Origin: an uncultured cyanobacterium
GTDB lineage: Bacteria > Cyanobacteriota > Cyanobacteriia > Leptolyngbyales > Leptolyngbyaceae
Direction of reading: 5' to 3'
Length of the DNA: 64,000 bases
Assembly (NCBI GenBank): GCA_963766075.1
Contig: CAVYAN010000065.1
Span: 1-64,000, forward strand
Shown here piece by piece: positions 1 to 10,327 of the stretch (the stretch's first letter is position 1; each line of letters begins with the position of its first letter). A program made the position numbers and the translations under genes. Below the pieces are notes generated by a model. The model searched no databases, had not been told where the DNA came from, and saw only the letters and a program-made list of their open reading frames with translations.

Positions 1-566
1 TTTTTATGTCTTCAACAACTCTACGTATTGTTTATCCTCAGAGCCGTTTCAATTGGTGATTGCGGGCAGTGGCACCCCGGAATACGAAGCGGAAATCACG
101 CGATGCATCACAAGCGCGGGATCTCAGCCCGGACCCATCGGGTGGGATTTGCCAGCGGCGATCGCAAACAGTTACTGCTCCAGGGAGCGGGCCTGTTCGC
201 GCTTCCCTCCATTCCGAAAATTTTGGCATCGCGGTTCTGGAAGCAGCGGGGGCGGGATTGCCGATCCTCATTACTCCCGAAGTTGCGCTGGCAGAATGGG
301 TGCAAACCCACCATGTGGGATGGGTGGTGCCACAGGAGTCCGAGGCGATCGCCCAAATCCTAAACGCTTTTATCCAAGATCCAACTGTAGGGCGTGCCAT
401 GGGCGATCGCGCCGCCCAAGTTGTACGGGCTCAGTTTGCATGGCCAGCCATCATTCTACAACTCATCAATCACTATCAAACATTAGCGCATCCAACGCTA
501 ACGCCTCCACCCAAAGCATTACCCGAACAACTGTCCTCTAGTCATCCCTTCGATCAACCATGCTAA
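1..566 (+). CDS. Glycosyltransferase family 4, C-terminal part (5' end outside window; two apparent 1-nt frameshifts near 120 and 210)
   Basis: Three frames join into a coherent GT4 C-terminus: LVIAGSGTPEYEAEI / THRVGFASGDRKQLLLQGAGLFALPS / HSENFGIAVLEAAGAGLPILIT...QFAWPAI (E-x7-E motif). Confidence 0.85.
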
Positions 567-1369
567 CTGCCATTACCCCCGTCATCCTGACCTATAATGA
601 AGCGCCCAATATCGCCCGCACCCTGCAACACCTCAGTTGGGCAACCCACATCGTTGTCGTGGACAGTTACAGCACCGATGAAACACTCCAAATCTTGGCC
701 CAATATCCTCAGGTTGCGGTGTTTCAGCGTCTCTTCGATACCCATGCCAATCAATGGAACTACGGTTTAGCCCAAGTCCAAACCGAATGGGTGCTGTCTT
801 TAGATGCTGATTATTGCATCAGTCCGGAATTAGTGGCCGAAATTGCCGCCTTAGCAGAAACAGCAGTGGATAGCTATTTCCTGCCATTCAAATACTGCGT
901 GTTTGGCCAGCCCCTACGAGGCACACTGTTGCCCCCCCGCGAGGCCCTATTTCGCAAATCTAAGGCCGTTTATATCGACGATGGGCATACACAATTGCTG
1001 CGCGTTCAGGGCGTGTCCAGCCAGCTTCACGCACCGATTTACCACGACAATCGCAAATCCTTTAGCCGTTGGCTCTGGGCCCAGGATCGCTATGCCTTGC
1101 TAGAAGTGCAAAAATTGCTGACCCTATCCCCCAATGAGTTGGGGCTGGGCGATCGCCTGCGCCAAACCAAAATATTGGCTCCCCTGATTGTCTTTTTTTA
1201 CTGCTTACTGCTGCGCCAGGGACTCTGGGATGGTTGGCGGGGTTGGTTCTATGCCTTTCAGCGCGTGTTAGCCGAAATGATTTTAGCCGCCCGCTTAATT
1301 GAAGCCAGCTACGGCCTCAATTCTCCCAGCGATCGTCCGGTTAGTAGGGTACAGGAACTGGCGCGTTAG
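560..1369 (+). CDS. Glycosyltransferase family 2 protein
   Basis: ILTYNEAPNI, VVVDSYSTDET and WVLSLDADY (DxD) motifs; start overlaps the upstream GT4 stop. Confidence 0.92.
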   Translation: MLTAITPVILTYNEAPNIARTLQHLSWATHIVVVDSYSTDETLQILAQYPQVAVFQRLFDTHANQWNYGLAQVQTEWVLSLDADYCISPELVAEIAALAETAVDSYFLPFKYCVFGQPLRGTLLPPREALFRKSKAVYIDDGHTQLLRVQGVSSQLHAPIYHDNRKSFSRWLWAQDRYALLEVQKLLTLSPNELGLGDRLRQTKILAPLIVFFYCLLLRQGLWDGWRGWFYAFQRVLAEMILAARLIEASYGLNSPSDRPVSRVQELAR

Positions 1370-1389
1370 GGGAAAACCGAGGCAGGAGA

Positions 1390-1435
1390 CAGGAGACAGC
1401 AGGGGAGGCAAACCAGCATCTCCTGCTGTCTCCTG
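1390..1435. terminator. 14-bp inverted repeat after GT2 (possible terminator or processing hairpin)
   Basis: CAGGAGACAGCAGG ... CCTGCTGTCTCCTG about 20 nt downstream of the stop; no clear U-tract. Confidence 0.4.
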
Positions 1436-1557
1436 CCCACGTTCGGCTGAACACCCTTCGACTTGAGCGCTCAGGTCAAACGCTGACATCGAAGCCTACC
1501 CGCTGCCTATTCATCAACTGAAATTCTTCATAAAACAGCACCCTATCTAGACGATCC

Positions 1558-2001
1558 ATGGTCAAATTAATCCACATCCCTAAATTCCGTATCATCGCGA
1601 TCGTATTGGGATGCTTTATGGTTGGATGTCTTCTAGCCAGCTATAAAGCCACTCTAGCCATCTGGCTCGTAACCGAAATCATGATTTTGCATTTAGCCTG
1701 GGTCGGAACTGGGGCCATTACCCTAGCCGCTGTTGGGACTCTAGGAATCCTGTGGAGTGCCACACTCGCAACTCCGATCACAGAGGATCTCGCGTGGCCT
1801 GTTGTCCACCTCGACCCAGCGCAGGCATGGGCCACCCAGCTTTTAATCACCTGGGCATTGGCAAATGGTGTGATCTTCATCCTGGGATTGACAGCGCAGT
1901 TTTTACACACAACAGGAAGCAGCCGAATTCAAACCTTCTATCTCATGGTCATTCTGCCTAATTTGGGATTAACCCTCGCACAATTCAGTCATTTCTTTTG
2001 A
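1558..2001 (+). CDS. Hypothetical multi-pass membrane protein
   Basis: 147-aa ATG ORF, hydrophobic throughout (about 4-5 TM segments). Confidence 0.65.
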   Translation: MVKLIHIPKFRIIAIVLGCFMVGCLLASYKATLAIWLVTEIMILHLAWVGTGAITLAAVGTLGILWSATLATPITEDLAWPVVHLDPAQAWATQLLITWALANGVIFILGLTAQFLHTTGSSRIQTFYLMVILPNLGLTLAQFSHFF

Positions 2002-2086
2002 TAGCTCTTTTATGGAGACAAGCAATTTATAGAGCAAGACGACACCAGCCAGATAATACCAGCAAGACAATACTATCAAGAACACC

Positions 2087-2512
2087 ATGGCTACATCTAA
2101 AGATCATCAATACGTTGCACCTGAGTACTATTTAGCCAAACTCGCCGCACCGATTCGAGACACTCTGAGTTCAGAGCAATTGGCCGCCTTTCGGGAAATT
2201 TTGCACGAAGCCGTCCCTAAACCCGCACCGAAAATTGTTGATCTGAAATTTTCTATTGATATTATTGCGGCTCGTTATTATTTCGTTTTATTAGTGGGCA
2301 AAGATCGACGCCGAAAACCACGGCGATATGATCTCAATCCCATCGCTAAAATAGGTAATTTCGTAGCCGTCAGCATTATTCTATTAGGGCTCAACTTAAC
2401 ACTCAGTGCTTCAATGCTGCTGGTCGGCTATTTGGTGAAATCTATGGTGGGAATCAATTTGCTGCCTGGGCATTTTCCCGATACGGTTAAGCATCTTTTG
2501 GGATTGTCTTAG
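2087..2512 (+). CDS. Conserved hypothetical membrane protein
   Basis: 141 aa; IVDLKFSIDI...RYYFVLLVGKDRR followed by a TM segment and YLVKSMVGINLLPG, a pattern seen in small cyanobacterial hypotheticals. Confidence 0.75.
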   Translation: MATSKDHQYVAPEYYLAKLAAPIRDTLSSEQLAAFREILHEAVPKPAPKIVDLKFSIDIIAARYYFVLLVGKDRRRKPRRYDLNPIAKIGNFVAVSIILLGLNLTLSASMLLVGYLVKSMVGINLLPGHFPDTVKHLLGLS

Positions 2513-3168
2513 CGCGATCGCCAACGGGGTAGCAAGGTCTCCCAGGTCCGTTCTAACACGATGTCATCTGCTGCATGCCGGTTCCCATGAGCCGGCATTG
2601 ACAGTTGAACCCATAAGCAGCGCCGTGCCAATAAGGGACGTTGCCCAAGGATCCACCCCACCCACTGTTGCGGTTGCAGCGCCTGGAGATAGGCATTCTG
2701 GCGAAACTGGGTGGAGTCACGATCGTGGATCCTTGGGGAGGCACACAGCCCTGCAAATGGATCTGAGTCGATTCCGCACTCAGACGATAGAAGCCGCTGT
2801 CAGAACGGCGATCGCGCACTGAATGGGCAGAATTTGCCACCTTGGGCCGCCTCGTCCGCCATAAACTGTCCGATGTCGCCTTCAGTGTTCACCATATCGC
2901 GCACCGTTACCGTAAGCATGCGATCGCCGCTCTGATACAGATAACGCTGCCCGCCCACCATGCGGTTATATTTTGAGCGCGCAGGCAGTGGCTCTAGAGT
3001 ATGGGAATTGTGCAATTGCCAGCCCGCTAGGGCCAAATTTGTGGGCAACGGCCATGGCCGATCCTGAGCATCAAATGCAATGGGACGTAGCCCCACTTGC
3101 AGAAGGGTCAAACAGGTGCTCACACTGAGAATACCGAGCAACCATTGGCGCGGACGAGGAGGGATCAT
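2509..3168 (-). CDS. Cyanoexosortase A system-associated protein (two apparent frameshifts near 2830 and 2710)
   Basis: Frames join as N-terminal TM, LAGWQL, GQRYLY...NTEGDI / SGFYRL...LQGCVPPQGSTIVT / QFRQNAY...WILGQRPLLARRCLWVQLS...LERTWETL; directly downstream of the exosortase gene. Confidence 0.8.
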
Positions 3169-4055
3169 AAGCGAGACCTAGAGGAGCGTTGGGACGGATC
3201 GGATGGCTTCAATTCTGAAGACGCTGGAAATTCAATCAGCCACTGGCTGAGGAGGGCAAAGCTGAGGATGGCCAGAGTCGAAAAGATCTGGCCTCCTGCT
3301 GGCCCATGCCAATACTCAAAGCTGGGGCGATCGCCCAGAACTAGGACCATAATCGCCACGCGAATTGTCGCCAGCCCCCAAGCCAGGAGGGGAGCCATCA
3401 GAAATAGGTAGCGACAGTGCCACCCCAGGACCGGAAACGAGAGCCGAAAGAGCATGGATAGCTGCCCTAATAAAATCAGCAGGGTTACACCTGTGCAAGC
3501 ATATTCCACTCGCACCAATCCCTGCTGAGACAGGATTTCAATGCCGCGATAAGCCACATTAACTCCAAAAAAGTGCAGCAGAAATGCCGCACTTTGAGCA
3601 ATCAAAACCTGAATGTGGGAACCCACCGCCCATTCAATCAAGCGCTCTAGCCCTCCCGGTGGCAGCAGCAGGGTCAACACAATCAGCTCCTCGCGCCAGT
3701 ACTGCTTCAAACGAAATCCAGAAGCCAGCAGGCCCCATGCCAAAGCGGCAAATCCCGGAAAGAGCCGGACAAATTCCGTATCGGATGGCAATAAAGATAA
3801 GCTTTTGACCAGGAGCAGGCCCATCAGCACCGTTCCCAGGCCACTGGCCAGCCAGCGGCTCTGGAAGGTACGGCGCGATCGCTGCCGCCACAGCAGGAGC
3901 GCGATCGCCAGCCAAAACAGGATATTCAGCACCAGCTGATCCGTGCTACCAGCCCACTTCCAGGTCAGCACGAGATGCAGCAGAATTAATCCACCCCCAA
4001 TCACCGCCAGGTGAACTCGGGGCGGCGCTAACGTAGGGTCTGACATTGGGTTCAT
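3165..4055 (-). CDS. crtA: Cyanoexosortase A (exosortase/archaeosortase family transpeptidase)
   Basis: Multi-TM; Cys motif VRVEYACTG, conserved Arg in ATIRVAIM, and His in FEYWHGPAGGQIFS. Confidence 0.88.
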   Translation of the reverse strand: MNPMSDPTLAPPRVHLAVIGGGLILLHLVLTWKWAGSTDQLVLNILFWLAIALLLWRQRSRRTFQSRWLASGLGTVLMGLLLVKSLSLLPSDTEFVRLFPGFAALAWGLLASGFRLKQYWREELIVLTLLLPPGGLERLIEWAVGSHIQVLIAQSAAFLLHFFGVNVAYRGIEILSQQGLVRVEYACTGVTLLILLGQLSMLFRLSFPVLGWHCRYLFLMAPLLAWGLATIRVAIMVLVLGDRPSFEYWHGPAGGQIFSTLAILSFALLSQWLIEFPASSELKPSDPSQRSSRSRL

Positions 4056-4060
4056 AGTGG

Positions 4061-4945
4061 CTAACGGCGACGGCGACGGCGCTGGAAAGTCGGGCGATTA
4101 CGCTTGGTCGCGGGTTCCATTCCCGACTGATCCGCAGTTTCATAGGCATCCGCCAGCCGCTGACGCGCCCAACTGGTCATGTACCACATATAGAGGAAAA
4201 GACACCCCGCAATCAGAGCCTCAATAATGATTTTTCCACTGTTTTTCATCAGGTTTTGCTGCACATTTTTGCGGGCCTGAGTGGCCTGCAATTCCGCCGT
4301 CTCCCGCGCTTTCTGAAGACTAGAGAGAACCTGGGTTCTCGCTTCCTCAGGATTTTTGGGCGCATCGGGAAGTTGCCCGGTCTTTTCATCAGGAACGGGA
4401 ATCAAACTTTGCAACTGGGACAGACTCGCTTTCTCAAGTTGACCCTTCGTCGTATCCAATTGCAGCTTTTGTTGCTTAATTTGAATATTGATTTGGTCAT
4501 TATTATAGCTACTGATTCGCATCGTGTTAATCACGGTCAAGGGAATCATCAGCAATAACACGACTCCAAAGAACAATGTGCTCCAGGATAGAGTGCGGAT
4601 AACAGGCCGTTCAAGGCGGCGGCGTCCAGTGGTTTCACCATAAAATACCAGCATAAAGGCCAACATTGGCACAGGCACCAACCGAATTAAATCGCCGATA
4701 ACTTGATACTCCCAAACGGGTTTGGTCAATTCCAAAGGGAATATAATATAGAGCAAATCGACGAAGGCAAGTAATAATAGGCCATAGCCAATACCACGCA
4801 AAATCGGCAGTGTTTTGAGCAAGTTTATTCCCGGAATATTGCCACCATAAATGGGAGCAGTAACCGAGACCGAAGCAGGAGCAGGCATGGAATTAAGCCC
4901 ATCGGCCAATTCTTCTGAGTTTTGGGGAATATGAGAATAGGTCAT
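4061..4945 (-). CDS. HpsJ-family membrane protein, cyanoexosortase-associated
   Basis: GYGLLLLAFVD...PVWEYQVIGDLIRLVPVPML...FYGE, three TM segments, coiled region, fourth TM; co-oriented upstream of the exosortase. Confidence 0.78.
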   Translation of the reverse strand: MTYSHIPQNSEELADGLNSMPAPASVSVTAPIYGGNIPGINLLKTLPILRGIGYGLLLLAFVDLLYIIFPLELTKPVWEYQVIGDLIRLVPVPMLAFMLVFYGETTGRRRLERPVIRTLSWSTLFFGVVLLLMIPLTVINTMRISSYNNDQINIQIKQQKLQLDTTKGQLEKASLSQLQSLIPVPDEKTGQLPDAPKNPEEARTQVLSSLQKARETAELQATQARKNVQQNLMKNSGKIIIEALIAGCLFLYMWYMTSWARQRLADAYETADQSGMEPATKRNRPTFQRRRRRR

Positions 4946-5244
4946 TGATCAACGTGTAAAGGGTACTTTCACCCTAGCTTCAGCCTGTTTGTGATCACGT
5001 TAGTGTTGATAGAAATCATCGTATACAGAAGTTGAACAAGCACACAAACCTGATCACAAGCAAATCCAACTCAAACTAGGAATATCGCAATCCCAGTGAG
5101 TCTGTGGAACACGTCTCATAGCCACCTTGGGGTAAAACAGCCCATTGCCCCACCTGCGATCGCTCGGTACAGTTCTGCTGCTAGCAAAAAGGGTGGGGCG
5201 ATCGCACATACAGACCCAGCCTTATTTATCCATATTGGTGATTT

Positions 5245-5898
5245 ATGTCGATGTTTTGTCTATCACCGTCCCAGTGCATGGCATTAACTCACACAATCCT
5301 GCTCAAGTATCTCTGGCACATTAAGATTATGCTTTTGATTGCTTTCTTGAGTTACTTACCCTTACAGTTAATAATGGCAAACCTGCAAACGCCAACGCCA
5401 GAAGCCATTCTGACCCTAGGTGGGGATGATTCGCGGGAAGCTTTTACAGCGGAATTTGCCAAAACCCATGGCAATCTTCCGATCTGGATTTCATCCGGAA
5501 TGGAGGTCGAAAAGGCCAATCGCTTGTTTCGAGCAGCTGGGATTAATCCAGCACGGGTTCACTACGATCGCCAAGCCATTGATACCGTCACGAATCTCAC
5601 CACCCTAGTCGAAGTCCTCGAACAACGAGAGATTCATCATATTTATCTGATCACCTCCACGTTTCATATGCCTCGGGCCTCGGCGATCGCCACCATCATC
5701 CTCGGCCATCGCGGCATTCGCTTTACCCCCATCAGCGTGCCATCCCCCAAGCCCCAAGAGTCGCCCTTACGAATTCTGCGCGACCTGCTGCGATCGATGC
5801 TTTGGGTATTCACAGGCTTCACGGGTGCAGAACTTCGCGATCGCGATCGCATTGCTCAGATCAACTATCACATCTTTGGTTCCAATGACATCCGTTAA
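5245..5898 (+). CDS. YdcF/DUF218 family protein (true start may lie further downstream)
   Basis: AILTLGG, IWISSG, DRQAIDTVTN and YLITSTFHMPRA motifs. Confidence 0.85.
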   Translation: MSMFCLSPSQCMALTHTILLKYLWHIKIMLLIAFLSYLPLQLIMANLQTPTPEAILTLGGDDSREAFTAEFAKTHGNLPIWISSGMEVEKANRLFRAAGINPARVHYDRQAIDTVTNLTTLVEVLEQREIHHIYLITSTFHMPRASAIATIILGHRGIRFTPISVPSPKPQESPLRILRDLLRSMLWVFTGFTGAELRDRDRIAQINYHIFGSNDIR

Positions 5899-6529
5899 TC
5901 TCGCCCACTATCATTCCGGCCATTACACCCCAGGGGCGGCGCTGTGGCAACAACTACTCTGGTATTACATTGGCTCGCCCTTGGTACAAAGTTACTGGCT
6001 CCCCTGGTCAGGGCTCAAGGTGGCCCTCCTCCGAGCCTTTGGAGCCAAAATCGGCACCCAAGTTCGGATTAAGCCCGGAGTCCGCATCAAGTTTCCCTGG
6101 CGACTCACGGTCGGCGATTATGCCTGGATTGGGGAAAATGCCTGGTTGGATAACCTAGCCCCTATTACCCTCGAACCCCACGCTTGCCTATCCCAATCCG
6201 TCTATTTGTGCACAGGCAACCATGATTGGGGCCATCCCCACTTTAACCTCAAAACCGCCCCCATCGTCGTACAGTCCGGCAGTTGGATCGCCGCTGGAGC
6301 CATTGTGGGACCGGGAGTCACGATTGGATCCGGCGCAATTCTCAGCCTGGGCAGTGTCACCGGGCAATCCCTAGACCCCATGATGATTTACGCAGGAAAT
6401 CCCGCGCAGCCCGTCAAACTGCGCGTGATCAAAGCCCCGCCAGATCTCCCGGCGATCGCCCCCAACCCGAATGGCGATCGCGCCAGCATCGCCGTTGCGA
6501 CTGAAGCGGCAATCCTGAATGCCCCATAA
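5885..6529 (+). CDS. wcaF: WcaF-like (HpsU-like) hexapeptide-repeat polysaccharide acetyltransferase
   Basis: LLRAFGAKIG, IKFPWRLTVGD, SQSVYLCTGNHD and YAGNPA motifs; ATG at 5885. Confidence 0.85.
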   Translation: MTSVNLAHYHSGHYTPGAALWQQLLWYYIGSPLVQSYWLPWSGLKVALLRAFGAKIGTQVRIKPGVRIKFPWRLTVGDYAWIGENAWLDNLAPITLEPHACLSQSVYLCTGNHDWGHPHFNLKTAPIVVQSGSWIAAGAIVGPGVTIGSGAILSLGSVTGQSLDPMMIYAGNPAQPVKLRVIKAPPDLPAIAPNPNGDRASIAVATEAAILNAP

Positions 6530-6660
6530 ATGCTCCATAAAGAGTACACCGTTCCCCAGATACATGCATTCACAAACAAATTCGTGAATACCCTGCTTTT
6601 GCCCCATCCATCTTTGCCCCATCCATCTCATCCATTTAGTATTTACAACATCCCAAAGCT

Positions 6661-7453
6661 ATGTCTTCTGATCAAATTGCTGTCGGTTCGATTCAACATT
6701 ATGTGCCAGGGTCTACCTGGTTTGATCTATCCAAGTACCAAAGCCTCGGAACCCAAGAGCGCGTCGCCGTTAATCTGGCGAAGAGTAACCTGTGGCTGAT
6801 CGACAGTAGCAAGTTACTTCTTAGCCAGTGACTATGCCCCCCGAATTGCCTTCATTAACGAAGGGGCAGGGTATCGATCGCCTGTCAAGATCTCAGGCCA
6901 AGGAGCCACCTACGGGGAAGCCACCGTCTTCTCCGATCTCTCCGGCAGCAACAGCATTCTGCCCTCTGCCGATGGCCCACTCAAACTGGGGGATTGGGTC
7001 CAAGTGTCCAAATTTAAAGCCGGAACACAGGTCAACCTGTCGGTGATTCCGAATGGAGTGTTTAACCCCAAGGCCACTCCCCTCAGCACCGATTCAAGCA
7101 AAAATCCGGTCAGCCCCTTTAACCCCAATAGCCCCGTCTTCTGGACCGCCTATGCGGACCCCAAGGCCACGGCCCCAATCTTTCTGATGGGCTATGAAGA
7201 CATTGCTGGTGAAGGCAGCGACAACGACTTTAATGACGGCATTCTCGCCCTGGACCTAGGCGCACAAAATTTTCAAGCCATCTTGAACTCAGCCAACCTA
7301 GGACAAAAGGCCAACATCAATCTGAAAGACGCTAAATCGATTCCCGTACCGTTTGAAACCCATGCCTCCGTGGGCCTTTTCCTCGTGGTGGGTCTTTTTG
7401 GGAAAAAACTCTGGAGCCATTGGCTGACTAGCAAACGGGCTGTGCGACTATAA
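6661..7453 (+). CDS. DUF4114-type surface protein with C-terminal PFE-CTERM-like sorting signal (frameshift near 6820; true start probably further upstream)
   Basis: Joined frames give IAFINEGAGYRS...PLKLGDWVQ...MGYEDIAGEGSDNDFNDGILALD, ending VPFETHASVGLFLVVGLFGKK (motif, TM segment, basic tail). Confidence 0.75.
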
Positions 7454-7491
7454 GCCGCTGCCTTGCCCGCCGATCCGCTGACTCTGTTTCT

Positions 7492-10092
7492 GTGCCACCC
7501 GTTTGTAGGCTAATTATAATATCACCCTCGATTCTACCCTTCGCGCCGTTCCTGTTCTACCAGGGACAAAGCGCCGTCAATCCTTCGCCCCGCTCCACCG
7601 CAGAGATCCAGCTCACGCTGGTCACACAGTTTTATCCCCCTGACTTTGCGGCTACGGGACAGTTTATGGATGAATTAGCGCAAAACCTCTCCCAGCAGCA
7701 GGGAATTAATGTCCAAGTCTTTACCGGACAACCCAGCTATGCCTTTGACACCACCACAGCACCGGCGCGTGAGCGCATGGGGCGCGTTTGGGTGCAAAGG
7801 TCTAGCTTTTTACGGGGCCACTCCCGGAAATGGGCCGGACGGACTGTGAGCAGCTTGGCCTTTTGTGCCCATGCACTCTGGCATTTGCGCAAGCGCGAGA
7901 ATCGGGGGAATATCTTACTGTTAACCAGCGAACCCCCTTTTCTCCAGGTGATTGGCTGGATCCTCCATCTCCTGTTCCAGACTCCCTTTGTTACGTTGGT
8001 CTATGACCTCTACCCCGAAGTCGCCGTCGAGCTGAAGGTTTTGCCCCCCCATCATCCGGTGATTAAGCTTTGGGATCTGGTCAATCGCCGCGTCTGGAGA
8101 TCGGCGGCAGCGATTGTGGTGCCCTGCCATACAATGCGCGATCGCATTGTGGCAAAAGTGCCAGAGGTCGCCGACAAAATCACAGTCATTCATAACTGGG
8201 CGGACCCCAACTGGATTAAACCGATCGCCAAAGCTGAAAATACCTTTGCCCAGGAACACCACCTCGTCGATCGCTTCACCGTCCTTTATTCCGGCAACAT
8301 GGGCCGTTGCCACGATATGGAGACCATTCTGGGCGCAGCCATTGAGCTGAAACATGAACCCATTGAATTCCTCTTTGTCGGCGGTGGCCCCAAACGCCAA
8401 GAAGTCCAGGAGCAGGTGGAAGCCCTCGGATTAACCAACTGCCGCTTTTTCCCCTATCAGGACAAAGCCCTACTGCCGCAATCGCTAACCGCCTGCGATT
8501 TATCCCTAGTGAGTGTGGATCGCGACATGGAAGGGTTAGTGGCCCCCAGCAAATTTTATTCCGCCCTATCGGCGGGCCGCCCGGTGGCGATTATCTGCGA
8601 AAAACATTCCTACCTGCGATCGCTCGTGGCCGATGCCAACTGTGGGGCCGCCATTAGTAATGGCGACGGTAAGGGACTAGCAGGCTTCATTCGCTATCTC
8701 GCGCAAGATCCCGACATGACCCGCCGCATGGGCAGTTCAGGCTATCGCTATATCCAGGAATACTTCACCCCCTTTGCCATTAGCAAACAGTACTATCGGA
8801 TTCTCCGACGGGCTGTGGTGCAGAATGCCGATTTCTCCGATGCCCTCAGCCAGTCAGAATTTCGCGTCTATTATCAATCGATCATTGACTTGGGTGGCCG
8901 CAAGCTGTGGGGACTAGAAGCCACAGTGCGTTGGCAACACCCCACCCGAGGGCTAATTTGTCCAGCGGAATTTATCACCGCAGCCGAGGAAACTGGGCTG
9001 ATTATTCCTTTGGGCTGGTGGCTCCTGGAAGAAACCTGCCGCCAGCTCCAGGAATGGCGATCGCGCTCTGCCCATAGCAACCTCAAAATCAGCATTAATC
9101 TAAGCAGCAGCCAGTTTTTCCATCCGGAACTGATCCCGCAAATCGATCGCGCTCTGACGACGTATCAACTGCCCTCATCCTGCCTCATTTTGGAGATTGA
9201 TGATCGGGCCGTGATGGCGGATGCCGCCGCTACTACAGCCATTTTGTTGCAACTGCAAACCCGACACATCCAAGTCTGCATCGACAACTTTGGCGAAAGT
9301 TACGCCACTCTGGATTACCTCCATCATTTCCCCGTCGCCGCCCTCAAGATTTCGCGATTGCTGGTGGGCCGGATTGGCTTGGATATGGAAATGCGGAAGC
9401 TGATCGAAACCATCGTCATTCTGGCGAAGGATCTGGACATGATCGCGATCGCTAAAGGGATTGAAACCGAAGCGCAACTCCAACGACTCAAGGGCATTGG
9501 CCTCCAGTATGGTCAGGGCTTTCTGTTTTCTGAACCCATGCCTGCCGACAGCGCCACGGCGTTACTCACCTCTCTACAAGACCGCTACCTCACCGGCACC
9601 GATGCCCTAGACCATAACACCCCTCAGCTTGCCGCACTCCACTCCAGCACACCGGACAGGAAAACACTCGATATGGAAACACCGACGCCGGCGGATTCTG
9701 TCCCCTTGGTTCTAGTGGTGGATGATGATCGGTCAATGCGATCGATCTTGAAAGGCATCATTACCAAGCAAGGATACCGCGTGATTGAAGCCAGAGATGG
9801 CCAAGAAGGCATTGACTTGTTTAAAGCCCATCAGCCTAACCTCGTCTTGCTAGACGCGATCATGCCGGACATGAATGGCTTCTATTGCTGCCAGAAACTA
9901 CGTAATTTAGAATCCGTATCGAGTAATGCTACGGATATCGCTCACCCGAAACCACCAATTCTGATGATCACGGCCCTCGACGATCCAGAATCCGTCGATC
10001 AAGCCTTTGCCGCAGGCGCAACAGACTACATCACAAAGCCCATTAACTGGGCAGTTTTGCGACAACGCTTGAATAGTTTACTGCATCAGTAG
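7492..10092 (+). CDS. Fusion protein: WcaI-like GT4 glycosyltransferase + degenerate EAL domain + response-regulator receiver domain
   Basis: One unbroken 866-codon ORF. GT4: TQFYPPD, YSGNMGRCHD, APSKFYSALSAGRP. EAL: FRVYYQSI, EATVRWQHP, QGFLFSEP. REC: VLVVDDD, LLDAIMPDMNG, YITKPIN. Confidence 0.9.
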   Translation: MPPVCRLIIISPSILPFAPFLFYQGQSAVNPSPRSTAEIQLTLVTQFYPPDFAATGQFMDELAQNLSQQQGINVQVFTGQPSYAFDTTTAPARERMGRVWVQRSSFLRGHSRKWAGRTVSSLAFCAHALWHLRKRENRGNILLLTSEPPFLQVIGWILHLLFQTPFVTLVYDLYPEVAVELKVLPPHHPVIKLWDLVNRRVWRSAAAIVVPCHTMRDRIVAKVPEVADKITVIHNWADPNWIKPIAKAENTFAQEHHLVDRFTVLYSGNMGRCHDMETILGAAIELKHEPIEFLFVGGGPKRQEVQEQVEALGLTNCRFFPYQDKALLPQSLTACDLSLVSVDRDMEGLVAPSKFYSALSAGRPVAIICEKHSYLRSLVADANCGAAISNGDGKGLAGFIRYLAQDPDMTRRMGSSGYRYIQEYFTPFAISKQYYRILRRAVVQNADFSDALSQSEFRVYYQSIIDLGGRKLWGLEATVRWQHPTRGLICPAEFITAAEETGLIIPLGWWLLEETCRQLQEWRSRSAHSNLKISINLSSSQFFHPELIPQIDRALTTYQLPSSCLILEIDDRAVMADAAATTAILLQLQTRHIQVCIDNFGESYATLDYLHHFPVAALKISRLLVGRIGLDMEMRKLIETIVILAKDLDMIAIAKGIETEAQLQRLKGIGLQYGQGFLFSEPMPADSATALLTSLQDRYLTGTDALDHNTPQLAALHSSTPDRKTLDMETPTPADSVPLVLVVDDDRSMRSILKGIITKQGYRVIEARDGQEGIDLFKAHQPNLVLLDAIMPDMNGFYCCQKLRNLESVSSNATDIAHPKPPILMITALDDPESVDQAFAAGATDYITKPINWAVLRQRLNSLLHQ

Positions 10093-10162
10093 CATGCTTG
10101 AGATTGCCTGAAACCACTTAAAAAAGTGCAAGGGTTTTGTACACCTGTAGGCATCACTGATT

Positions 10163-10197
10163 GAGATCCCCGGAGTCTTTAAGACTCCGGGGATCTC
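10163..10197. repeat. Perfect 17-bp inverted repeat between convergent genes (REP-like element or bidirectional terminator)
   Basis: GAGATCCCCGGAGTCTT-T-AAGACTCCGGGGATCTC. Confidence 0.75.
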
Positions 10198-10327
10198 TAA
10201 TTGGAATTGGGGTTGGCGGGTCTTTTGGGTTTGTTGGTGTCAGTACATCCAAGGCAACAGTATGGTGAGCCAGTTCCCGTTGCTTAGTTCTTGTTGCTCA
10301 GCTCTCGCTTGGCGAGGTGATTTATGT

